Below are positions 20,923-29,494 of a DNA stretch of 51,962 bases, in pieces (position 1 is the first letter of the stretch; each line of letters starts with the position of its first letter). The translations under genes were made by a program, and so were the position numbers. The notes beneath the pieces were generated by a model. It had not been told where the DNA came from. It was given only the letters and a program-made list of their open reading frames with translations, and searched no databases. Source of the stretch: Polaromonas sp. GTDB lineage: Bacteria > Pseudomonadota > Gammaproteobacteria > Burkholderiales > Burkholderiaceae_C. The stretch is taken from positions 1-51,962 of the forward strand of contig JBBAPP010000001.1 of the NCBI GenBank assembly GCA_040400775.1. Reading direction: 5' to 3'.

Positions 20923-23574
20923 ATGAACGTTATTGATCAAGACCCTGACCCACAAGAAACAGCCGAATGGCGCGAAGCGTTTGAGGCACTGGCCAGCAGC
21001 CAGGGCAGCGCCAGAGCGCGCCAAATGCTCGACGTTTTGAGCCGCAGCGCCAGAACCCAGCGCATTGGCTGGCAGCCCGAGTTGTGTACGCCGTATGTCA
21101 ACACCATTCATGTCGATGAACAACCCGTTTTTCCCGGTGATTTGGCAATTGAAGAACGGCTGGCCGCATTGATGCGCTGGAACGCATTGGCCATGGTGGT
21201 CAAGGCCAATCAGGCAGAAACGGGCGGGTCCAGCGAGCTGGGCGGGCACATTGCCAGTTATGCAAGTGCCGCTGATTTATTTGAAACCGGATTCAACCAC
21301 TTTTTTCGCGCGCGTGAGGGTCTGCAAGCAGGCCAGCACCGGGGAGACCTGGTGTTTTTTCAGCCGCACAGCGCGCCGGGCGTGTATGCGCGTGCTTACC
21401 TGGAAGGCCGATTGACGCAAGATGACCTGCGCTTTTACCGGCAAGAACTCACCGCGCCAACCAGTGGCGCACAAGGCCTGTGCAGCTACCCGCACCCCTA
21501 TCTGATGCCCGACTTCTGGCAGTTCCCCACGGGCTCGATGGGTATTGGGCCGATCAGCTCGATTTACCACGCACGCTTTATGCGCTATCTGACGCATCGG
21601 CGTTTGCTGAACTGCGACACAAGAAAAGTATGGGGCGTCTTTGGCGATGGCGAGATGGATGAGCCTGAGTCCATGAGCGCGCTCACGCTGGCTGCGCGTG
21701 AAAATTTAGACAACCTGGTCTGGGTGGTTAACTGCAATTTGCAGCGCCTGGACGGCCCGGTGCGCGGCAATGGCCGCATCATTGACGAGCTGGAAAAGCT
21801 ATTTGCCGGTGCTGGCTGGAACGTCATCAAACTGGTCTGGGGCAGCGACTGGGACGGCCTGTTTGCGCGCGACACCACAGGCGCGTTGGCCAAGGCCTTT
21901 GCCAACACGGTGGATGGGCAAATGCAAACTTTTGCCGCCAAAGACGGGCGCTTTAACCGCGACACCTTTTTCGGCCAAAACGAAGAACTGGCGCGGCTGG
22001 CGCAGGGCATGACCGATGAGCAAATTGACCGCCTCAAACGCGGTGGCCATGACCTGGTAAAAATTCACGCCGCGTATGCCGCTGCTGCTGCGCACAAGGG
22101 GCAACCAACGGTGATTTTGGCGCACACCAAAAAGGGTTACGGCATGGGCAGCGCAGGCCAGGGCAAGATGACCACGCATTCCCAAAAGAAGTTTGACGAG
22201 ACCGATCTGATAGGTTTTAGAAACCGCTTTAACCTGCCATTGACGGACGAGCAAGCCACGCGGATTGACTTTTACAAGCCTGATGCGAGCAGCCTTGAGA
22301 TGCAATACATGCACGCCAAACGCGCTGCATTGGGCGGTTATTTGCCCAAGCGGGACACACAGGCTGAAAAAATCAATATTCCCGTCCTGGCGTCGTATGC
22401 GGGTTTTGCCCTGAACGCCGATGGCAAGGAAATGAGCACCACCATGGCCTTTGTGCGCATGCTGGGCGGCCTGCTGAAGGATGTTGAACTGGGCCCAAAA
22501 ATAGTACCCATCGTCGCCGACGAGGCACGTACCTTTGGTATGGCCAATCTGTTCAAACAGGTCGGTATTTACTCCAGCGTCGGCCAGCGCTACGCACCTG
22601 AAGACATTGGCTCGGTTCTCAGCTACCGCGAGGCGATGGATGGACAAATTCTGGAAGAAGGTATCAGCGAGGCCGGCGCACTGGCCAGCTGGACGGCCGC
22701 CGCCACCAGCTACAGCGTGCATGGCCTGGCCATGCTGCCGTTTTATATTTATTACTCGATGTTCGGTTTTCAGCGCGTCGGCGACCAGATCTGGGCTGCG
22801 GCCGACCAGCGGGCGCGTGGCTTTCTGCTGGGCGCTACATCGGGCCGCACCACCCTCAGCGGCGAAGGCCTGCAACACCAGGACGGCACCAGCCACCTGG
22901 TGGCCGCCACCATTCCCAACTGCAAAGCCTATGACCCCGCCTTTGCCTGCGAATTAGCCGTCATCATCGACCACGGCATGCGCGAGATGATGGTGCAGCA
23001 GCGTGACGTTTTTTATTACGTCACGATGATGAACGAGAACTACGCCCAGCCTGATTTGCGCGTCGGTAGCGAGGCAGACATGATTGCCGGTTGCTATAAA
23101 TTTAATAGCTATTTTTACCCGAATCTATTGGGCTTGAACCCTAAAACATCATTAAAAGCAGCTCAAAAAGTCACTCTACTAGGTTCAGGTGCAATTTTGA
23201 CCGAGGTGATCAAGGCTGCGGAGCAACTGGCGGCCAGCGGCATGGAGGTCAGCGTTTTCAGCGTCACCAGCTGGAGTGAGCTGGCAAGGGATGGTGCGGC
23301 CTGCCAGCAAAGTGCACTGGACAATCAACCGCAAGCTGAAGCCTTTATCGCCCGGCAACTGAACACCAGCGAAGGCCCCATCATTGCCGCCACCGACTAC
23401 GTGCGCGCTGTGCCGGAGAGCATTCGTGCTTTTTTGCCGGTTGGACGAAGCTACCTGACGCTGGGCACTGACGGCTTTGGCCGCAGCGACACGCGAGCCG
23501 CCCTGCGCAATTTCTTTGGCGTGGATGCAGCCAGCATTACGCGCGCTGCGATGTACGCTTTGAAAGACAAATAA
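20923..23574 (+). CDS. mdeB: homodimeric 2-oxoacid dehydrogenase E1 (MdeB/AceE-like)
   Basis: LGGHIASYAS, QFPTGSMGIGP, GDGEMDEPES ThDP motif, EGLQHQD, TDGFGRSDTR; Lrp gene adjacent. Confidence 0.85.
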   Translation: MNVIDQDPDPQETAEWREAFEALASSQGSARARQMLDVLSRSARTQRIGWQPELCTPYVNTIHVDEQPVFPGDLAIEERLAALMRWNALAMVVKANQAETGGSSELGGHIASYASAADLFETGFNHFFRAREGLQAGQHRGDLVFFQPHSAPGVYARAYLEGRLTQDDLRFYRQELTAPTSGAQGLCSYPHPYLMPDFWQFPTGSMGIGPISSIYHARFMRYLTHRRLLNCDTRKVWGVFGDGEMDEPESMSALTLAARENLDNLVWVVNCNLQRLDGPVRGNGRIIDELEKLFAGAGWNVIKLVWGSDWDGLFARDTTGALAKAFANTVDGQMQTFAAKDGRFNRDTFFGQNEELARLAQGMTDEQIDRLKRGGHDLVKIHAAYAAAAAHKGQPTVILAHTKKGYGMGSAGQGKMTTHSQKKFDETDLIGFRNRFNLPLTDEQATRIDFYKPDASSLEMQYMHAKRAALGGYLPKRDTQAEKINIPVLASYAGFALNADGKEMSTTMAFVRMLGGLLKDVELGPKIVPIVADEARTFGMANLFKQVGIYSSVGQRYAPEDIGSVLSYREAMDGQILEEGISEAGALASWTAAATSYSVHGLAMLPFYIYYSMFGFQRVGDQIWAAADQRARGFLLGATSGRTTLSGEGLQHQDGTSHLVAATIPNCKAYDPAFACELAVIIDHGMREMMVQQRDVFYYVTMMNENYAQPDLRVGSEADMIAGCYKFNSYFYPNLLGLNPKTSLKAAQKVTLLGSGAILTEVIKAAEQLAASGMEVSVFSVTSWSELARDGAACQQSALDNQPQAEAFIARQLNTSEGPIIAATDYVRAVPESIRAFLPVGRSYLTLGTDGFGRSDTRAALRNFFGVDAASITRAAMYALKDK
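23092..23157 (+). repeat. family P element inside mdeB
   Basis: tgctat-aaattta-atagc; gggcttgaa at +37; ctaaaacat; encodes CYKFNSYFYPNLLGLNPKTSLK. Confidence 0.82.
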
Positions 23575-23611
23575 CCGAACAAAAGCGCCCGGCTATTTGG
23601 TTCACAGCAAC

Positions 23612-23660
23612 TGACAAATAACAAATGCCAGATGACAAATACCAGATGACAGATGACCCA
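23612..23660. repeat. 7 x 7-bp tandem repeat, consensus TGACA(A/G)A
   Basis: tgacaaa taacaaa tgccaga tgacaaa taccaga tgacaga tgaccca. Confidence 0.8.
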
Positions 23661-23663
23661 AAA

Positions 23664-24218
23664 TTACTTCGGCAACAACACCTTGTCAACCACGTGAATC
23701 ACGCCGTTGGACTGGTACACATCGGCAATCGTCACAGTGGACGTACCACCTTTTTCGTCGGTAATCATGACTTTGCCGCCAGCCGACTTGGCCGTCAAGA
23801 TGCCGCCCGCAACGGTTTTAAAGCTTGTGCTGCCTTTGCCGTCCATGATCATTTTGGTCAATGCCGCAGCATCGACCTTACCGGGCACGACGTGGTACGT
23901 CAGGATGCCGGTCAGCATGCCCTTGTTTTCAGGCTTGAGCAGCGTGTCTACTGTGCCAGCAGGCAAGGCTGCAAAAGCTGTGTTGGTCGGTGCGAAAACG
24001 GTGAATGGGCCAGGGCTTTTCAGCGTCTCAACCAGACCAGCAGCTTTGACAGCAGCCACCAAGGTGGTGTGGTCTTTGGAGTTGACGGCGTTGTCAATGA
24101 TGTCCTTCGATGCCAGCATGGGCGCGCCACCGACCATGACTTGCGCGAAGGAAGAGGCAGCGCCCAGACCCAGCATGACGGCCACGCTGACAGCAGCGAG
24201 TTTGCGGGAGATTTTCAT
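23664..24218 (-). CDS. secreted fasciclin (FAS1) domain protein
   Basis: Signal peptide; GPFTVFAPTNTAF, ILTYHVV, SNGVIHVVDKVL. Confidence 0.93.
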   Translation of the reverse strand: MKISRKLAAVSVAVMLGLGAASSFAQVMVGGAPMLASKDIIDNAVNSKDHTTLVAAVKAAGLVETLKSPGPFTVFAPTNTAFAALPAGTVDTLLKPENKGMLTGILTYHVVPGKVDAAALTKMIMDGKGSTSFKTVAGGILTAKSAGGKVMITDEKGGTSTVTIADVYQSNGVIHVVDKVLLPK

Positions 24219-24341
24219 ATGAAGTCCTATCAAGTTGAATTAAAGGCAAGTTACACAAAAGCCGACATCCATACAGATTCAAGCGGCTGTTATGAATACG
24301 GCGTTGGGCTGCGGCCAGATTCAACTGTTCTTAAACTACTT

Positions 24342-24956
24342 TCAAATATGCGAAGCTGACTGCGTGCGCGTCTGTAGTAAGTTGCGTATGGCCTGCGGGT
24401 ACAACAGGTGCTCTTGAACGAGCACACGCGCCGCTAAAGTCTCTGACGTGTCGCCCGCCAGAATCGGGACCGCCACTTGGGCTAAAACCTCACCATGGTC
24501 CAACTCAGGTGTCACAAAATGCACCGTGGCTCCAGCCACTTTACAGCCCGCATCAATCGCCCGCTGGTGCGTGTTGAGGCCGGTAAAAGCCGGCAGCAGG
24601 GAGGGATGGATATTGACCAATCGACCCGCATAATGGGCGACAAAAGCGGGTGTCAGGATGCGCATAAAACCCGCCAGCAGCACCCAAGCCGGTTGGTGCT
24701 TGTCAATCAGGTCTATCAGCGCCGCATCAAAAGCCTCACGCGTGGCAAAATCGGTGTGGTCGAGCAGACTGGTTGCCAGGCCCAAAGCTTTTGCGGCGCG
24801 CAGACCTTCAGAATCAGGCTTGTTGCTGATGACGCAGGCCAGGCGTGCACCAAACTTGGCCAGCCACTGCTGTTGCTCTGCTGCATCGGCAATGGCCAGC
24901 ATGTTGGAGCCCATGCCCGAGATTAAAACAACGATATTTTGAAACGGCAAGGTCAT
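24342..24956 (-). CDS. purN: phosphoribosylglycinamide formyltransferase
   Basis: LISGMGSN, LAGFMRIL, NIHPSLLP, GATVHFVTPELDHG. Confidence 0.95.
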   Translation of the reverse strand: MTLPFQNIVVLISGMGSNMLAIADAAEQQQWLAKFGARLACVISNKPDSEGLRAAKALGLATSLLDHTDFATREAFDAALIDLIDKHQPAWVLLAGFMRILTPAFVAHYAGRLVNIHPSLLPAFTGLNTHQRAIDAGCKVAGATVHFVTPELDHGEVLAQVAVPILAGDTSETLAARVLVQEHLLYPQAIRNLLQTRTQSASHI

Positions 24957-25063
24957 GCGCCCAGATTATGACCAGCCCACAGTCACCGCCTTGACAAACC
25001 AAAAAGCACATTCGTGCTAAAAACGTAGTTTTTGCATAGCATCAGATCGCAACGGAGTCGACC

Positions 25064-26245
25064 ATGGATTTAGTTTTCACCCCTGAAGAGCAGGCTTTTC
25101 GAGAAGACATACGCGCCTGGGTTCACGCCAACCTGCCGGCAGACATACAGCACAAGGTACGCAACGCCCTGCGCCAGACGCGGGACGACATGCAGCGCTG
25201 GGCCAAAATTTTGGGCAAAAAGGGCTGGTTGGGTCACGGCTGGCCGAAAGAATTTGGCGGCCCCGGCTGGAACGCGGTACAAAAACATTTGTTTGAAGAA
25301 GAATGCGCGCTGGCTGGCGCTCCGCGCGTCGTGCCATTTGGCCCGGTGATGGTGGCGCCGGTCATCATGGCGTTTGGCAATGCCGAGCAACAAGCCCGGT
25401 TTTTACCTGGTATTGCCAGCGGCGACGTATGGTGGAGCCAGGGCTATAGCGAGCCAGGTTCGGGGTCTGACTTGGCATCGCTCAAATGCAAAGCCGAACG
25501 CGTCGGCGACAAATTCATCGTCAATGGCCAGAAAACCTGGACAACTTTGGGTCAGTACGGCGAATGGATTTTTTGCCTGGTGCGCACCAGCAGTGATGGC
25601 AAGCCGCAAACCGGCATCTCATTCTTGCTAATTGACATGAAGTCGCCGGGCGTAAGCGTTAAGCCTATCGTGCTGTTGGATGGCGAGGCCGAAGTCAATG
25701 AGGTGTGGTTCGACAACGTCGAAGTACCCGCCAACAACCTGATTGGTGAAGAAAACAAAGGCTGGACCTACGCCAAGCATTTGCTCAGCCATGAGCGTAC
25801 CAATATTGCTGATGTGAACCGCAGCAAGCGCGAGCTGGAGCGGTTGAAAAAAATCGCCAAAGCCGAAGGCGTTTGGGACGACTTCAGGTTCAGAGACGAA
25901 ATCGCCAAGCTTGAAGTCGATGTGGTGGCGCTAGAGATGATGGTGCTGCGCGTGCTCTCTGCTGAAAAAACTGGCAAAAATTCGCTCGATATTGCTGGAC
26001 TCCTGAAAATCAAAGGCAGTGAAATACAGCAGCGTTACAGCGAACTGATGATGCTTGCCGCTGGCCCGTACGCGCTGCCTTTGATTGAAGAAGCGATGCA
26101 GGCTGGTTGGCAAGGCGACTACCCTGGCGGCATGTTGGGCAACGCGCCATTGGCAGGCAGCTACTTCAATATGCGCAAAACCACCATTTATGGCGGTAGC
26201 AATGAAGTGCAGCGAAATATCGTTGCACAGTTTGTTCTGGGTTAA
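25064..26245 (+). CDS. acyl-CoA dehydrogenase (PimC-like large subunit)
   Basis: WSQGYSEPGSGSDLASL, NGQKTWTT, TIYGGSNEVQRNI. Confidence 0.9.
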   Translation: MDLVFTPEEQAFREDIRAWVHANLPADIQHKVRNALRQTRDDMQRWAKILGKKGWLGHGWPKEFGGPGWNAVQKHLFEEECALAGAPRVVPFGPVMVAPVIMAFGNAEQQARFLPGIASGDVWWSQGYSEPGSGSDLASLKCKAERVGDKFIVNGQKTWTTLGQYGEWIFCLVRTSSDGKPQTGISFLLIDMKSPGVSVKPIVLLDGEAEVNEVWFDNVEVPANNLIGEENKGWTYAKHLLSHERTNIADVNRSKRELERLKKIAKAEGVWDDFRFRDEIAKLEVDVVALEMMVLRVLSAEKTGKNSLDIAGLLKIKGSEIQQRYSELMMLAAGPYALPLIEEAMQAGWQGDYPGGMLGNAPLAGSYFNMRKTTIYGGSNEVQRNIVAQFVLG

Positions 26246-26261
26246 TTTATGGGTTTTATGG

Positions 26262-26404
26262 TGGCACTCCTAGAAATTCAAATTTTCGGGATGAAGTGCA
26301 ATGCGCCCGGAGCAGCGCACACCGCAATGCGCTTGTGTGCATAAGATTTGCGAGCACCGCGCAACGCAGCAATTTGCCCGGAAAATAAATTTATAGGAGT
26401 GTCA
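26262..26404 (+). mobile_element. MITE-like element, family D copy 2
   Basis: Inverted ends tggcactcctagaaattca / taaatttataggagtgtca (16/19 complementary). Confidence 0.85.
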
Positions 26405-26406
26405 GT

Positions 26407-27522
26407 ATGGATTTCGATTTCACAGACGACCAGGAACAACTGCGTGATGCGGTGCGCAAATGGGTCGACAAAGGCTATAGCTTTGATCGCCACCGCAGCA
26501 TCACCCAAGCTGGCGGCTTTTCACGCGACGCCTATGCCGAGCTGGCCGAGTTGGGCCTGACGGGCTTGTACGTACCCGAGGCACATGACGGCATGGGGAT
26601 GGGACCCACCGAGGGCATGGTGGTGATGGAGGAGCTCGGGCGCGGCATGGTTCACGAACCTGTGAGCCAAGCGCTGATTGCTGGCGCCGTGCTGGCGGCT
26701 TATGCGCCAGAAATCGTCAAAGCCGCATGGCTGCCCAAAATAGCGTCGGGTGAAAGCCTGGTGGTTTTGGCGCATCAGGAGCGTGCGGGTCGTTATGACC
26801 TTGCAAAATGTGAAGCAAAAGCGACTCTAGACCAACAAATATGGGTTCTGACAGCTACAAAAAGCATAGTATCTTGCGGTGACCATGCCGACGCTTTCAT
26901 CGTGCCTGCGATGGCCGACGGCAAACTGGCGCTGTTTTTGGTTGAACGCACGGCCACAGGCGTCACGACACGTGGCTACGGCACGCAAGACGGTGGTCGC
27001 GCATCGGAAGTAGTGCTGGCGGGCGCTGCTGCTGCCTTGATCACCAAGGAGGGTGCAACCGCCTTGGCACACGCTGTCGATATTGGTATTGCTGCAACCT
27101 GCGCCGAAGCCATCGGCGTGATGGATGAAACCCTGGCGATCACGGTCGAGTACATGAACACCCGCAAGCAGTTTGGCGTGGTCATCAGCAGCTTTCAGGC
27201 GCTACGTCACCGCGTGGCTGACATGAAAATGCAGCTGGAATTGGCCAGGTCCATGAGCTACTACGCTAGCATGAAGCTGAACGCACCCGCTGCTGAGCGC
27301 AGCGCTGCGCTGGCCAGAGCCAAATACCAACTGGGTGTGTCGATGCGAAAAGTCAGCCAGGAGGCGGTACAGCTGCACGGCGGTATTGGCGTGACGAACG
27401 AGTACATCGTCAGCCATTATTTTAAAAAGCTGACGCAGCTGGAAATGACTTTTGGCGACACGCTGCACCACTTGGGTGAAGTGTCCAGCCGTATGCAAGA
27501 TACTGCTGGGGTGTTTGCCTGA
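26407..27522 (+). CDS. acyl-CoA dehydrogenase (PimD-like small subunit)
   Basis: MDFDFTDDQ, RKQFG..ISSFQALRHR, QLHGGIG; paired with the upstream dehydrogenase. Confidence 0.88.
   Translation: MDFDFTDDQEQLRDAVRKWVDKGYSFDRHRSITQAGGFSRDAYAELAELGLTGLYVPEAHDGMGMGPTEGMVVMEELGRGMVHEPVSQALIAGAVLAAYAPEIVKAAWLPKIASGESLVVLAHQERAGRYDLAKCEAKATLDQQIWVLTATKSIVSCGDHADAFIVPAMADGKLALFLVERTATGVTTRGYGTQDGGRASEVVLAGAAAALITKEGATALAHAVDIGIAATCAEAIGVMDETLAITVEYMNTRKQFGVVISSFQALRHRVADMKMQLELARSMSYYASMKLNAPAAERSAALARAKYQLGVSMRKVSQEAVQLHGGIGVTNEYIVSHYFKKLTQLEMTFGDTLHHLGEVSSRMQDTAGVFA
26805..26871 (-). repeat. family P element inside the acyl-CoA dehydrogenase
   Basis: Minus strand actat-gcttttt-gtagc; ggtctagag at +37; read as EAKATLDQQIWVLTATKSIV. 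Confidence 0.75.
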
Positions 27523-27526
27523 CAGG

Positions 27527-28084
27527 TCAGGCGTGCAAGCGCGATGTTTTTGGAATATGCGCCATCAAAAACTCCATTTGGTCCGCCAAAATCCGGCGGT
27601 TACGCAAAATAAAATCTTCCCAGAGGCTGGGCACATAGGGCGTGTACAACAGCGGCATATTGGCCTGCTCGGGAGTGCGGCTGCTTTTGCGGTGGTTACA
27701 GGCGCGGCAGGCGGTAACCACGTTCATCCAGGTGTCAATGCCTTTTTGTGCAAACGGAATGATGTGCTCGCGGGTCAAGTCTTCTTCATGAAAATGCTGG
27801 CCGCAGTAGGCGCACACATTGCGGTCACGCACAAAAAGTTTTGTGTTGGTCAGACCAGGTTTGAGCGCAAACGGGTTGATTTTGGGCACGCCCTTGGTGC
27901 CAATGATGCTGTTGATGGTGATGATCGACTGGTTGCCCGTGATGGCGTTATGGCCACCATGAAAGGTTGCCACATGCGCGCCCATTTCCCAGCGCACTTC
28001 GTCGGATGCGTAGTGCAGCACGGCTTCTTCGAGGCTGATCCACGACTGTGGCAGCCCTTGCGCTGATAGCTTTAAGACCTTCAA
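27527..28084 (-). CDS. HNH endonuclease domain protein
   Basis: RDRNVCAYCG, TREHIIP, WMNVVTACRACNHRK; probable TTG start at 28084 after GGAGG. Confidence 0.88.
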   Translation of the reverse strand: MKVLKLSAQGLPQSWISLEEAVLHYASDEVRWEMGAHVATFHGGHNAITGNQSIITINSIIGTKGVPKINPFALKPGLTNTKLFVRDRNVCAYCGQHFHEEDLTREHIIPFAQKGIDTWMNVVTACRACNHRKSSRTPEQANMPLLYTPYVPSLWEDFILRNRRILADQMEFLMAHIPKTSRLHA

Positions 28085-28212
28085 ACCTGACCTCCACTGA
28101 TGAAAATGGAAACACCTTGTCACGTAAGACTTCAATATACAGGTAAATGATGACCAACTGGTCTTAAGGGCTGATTAAAGGTCGCCATCCGCTATTAAAA
28201 CGATAATAGGTG

Positions 28213-28359
28213 GTGGGCACTTCTAGAAATTCAGATTTTCGGGATGAAGTGCAAGGCGCACGGAGCGCAGGACACCGGAATGTACTTTAGTACATGAGGA
28301 TTCCGAGCACCGCGGAACACGGCAATTCGCCCGAAAAATGAATGTATTGAAGTGCACAC
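28213..28359 (+). mobile_element. MITE-like element, family D copy 3
   Basis: gtgggcacttctagaaattca ... tgaatgtattgaagtgcacac; internal atgtactttagtacat hairpin. Confidence 0.85.
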
Positions 28360-29370
28360 ATGAAAGTCTTTCGCGGATACCGTCACCCCCAGCTTGCAAC
28401 CGCCTGCGCTTTGACGATTGGCAATTTTGACGGCGTTCACCGTGGTCATCAGGCGATGCTGGCACTGCTTAAAAACGAAGCCCAACACCGAGGCCTGCCG
28501 AGCTGTGTGATGACGTTTGAACCCCATCCACGGGACTACTTTGCGGCACTGGCCAAAAAGCCTGAGCTGGCACCCCCACGCATTGCCACGCTGCGCGACA
28601 AGCTGACCGAGTTGGCCGCCTGCGGCATAGAGCAGGTGCTTGTCCTGCCCTTTGATGCACGCTTGGCCAGCCAAGCGCCCGAAGCTTTTATCCATGACGT
28701 GCTGGTGCAGGGCCTGGGTGCTGAATACATTTTGGTTGGTGATGATTTTCGTTTTGGTGCCAAGCGTGCGGGGGGCTATGCCATGCTGGATGCAGCCGGA
28801 CAGCGCCAAGGCTTCGATGTGGCGCGCATGAACAGCTATGAAGTTCAGAGCACACGGGTTTCCAGTTCAGCCGTACGCCAAGCCCTCAGCGCAGGCGACA
28901 TGGCGCAGGCGACGCGTTTGCTGGGCCGGCCTTACAGTATTTCAGGCCATGTGGTGCATGGTCGCAAACTTGGGCGCGACTTGGGTTTTAGCACGCTGAA
29001 TCTGCGCTTTTCGCACGGAAACCCCGCCGCCAGTGGCATCTTTGCCGTGCTGGTCCACGGCTTAGCAGACAAGGCATTGCAGGGAGTGGCCAATTTGGGC
29101 ATTCGCCCGTCGATTGATGCCAATGACGTGAACCAGGGCCGCGTGCTGCTGGAGACTTACTGCCTGGACTGGCCTCACACCTTGGGCGCGGAGGGTGGCT
29201 ACGGTAAAATCGTCCGTGTGGAACTGTTGCACAAATTGCATGACGAATTGACATACGACGGTCTGGATGCGCTTAAAAAAGGCATTGCGATAGATTGTGG
29301 TGATGCCCGCGCGTTTTTTGCAAGCATGCACAGCGAGACTGCCCGCCAAACGACGCGTGATCGAATTTAG
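28360..29370 (+). CDS. ribF: bifunctional riboflavin kinase/FAD synthetase
   Basis: TIGNFDGVHRGH, TFEPHP, VGDDFRFG, VSSSAVR, GRKLGRDLGF. Confidence 0.96.
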   Translation: MKVFRGYRHPQLATACALTIGNFDGVHRGHQAMLALLKNEAQHRGLPSCVMTFEPHPRDYFAALAKKPELAPPRIATLRDKLTELAACGIEQVLVLPFDARLASQAPEAFIHDVLVQGLGAEYILVGDDFRFGAKRAGGYAMLDAAGQRQGFDVARMNSYEVQSTRVSSSAVRQALSAGDMAQATRLLGRPYSISGHVVHGRKLGRDLGFSTLNLRFSHGNPAASGIFAVLVHGLADKALQGVANLGIRPSIDANDVNQGRVLLETYCLDWPHTLGAEGGYGKIVRVELLHKLHDELTYDGLDALKKGIAIDCGDARAFFASMHSETARQTTRDRI

Positions 29371-29393
29371 ACGATCTCGCACATCGGCCGCTC

Positions 29394-29474
29394 CCCTTTG
29401 ACGGGCTCAGGGTGAACGGTTTTTTATCACACTTTTATCCCAACTTATCGGTTCGGGCTGAGCCCATCGAAGCC
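29394..29474. repeat. inverted pair of family A half-repeats in the ribF-ileS spacer
   Basis: ctttgacgggctcagggtgaacgg and cggttcgggctgagcccatcgaag are near reverse complements. Confidence 0.65.
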
Positions 29475-29494
29475 TTCTTTTTATTTTCATACAC

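Noticed and set aside
21799-24359. Long alternative ORFs such as 21799..22896 and 23625..24359
   Set aside because: They are antisense shadows of well-supported genes (mdeB, fasciclin), as expected from codon bias.
27527-28084. HNH gene as a mobile homing or defence nuclease, or as the mobiliser of the repeats
   Set aside because: Composition resembles neighbouring genes, and there is no intron, methylase or flanking repeat pair. Nothing links it to the repeats beyond one nearby copy.
28191-28210. gctattaaaacgata, and similar traces near 5830 and 17855, as extra family P copies
   Set aside because: Only half cores, without the +37 motif; too weak to count.
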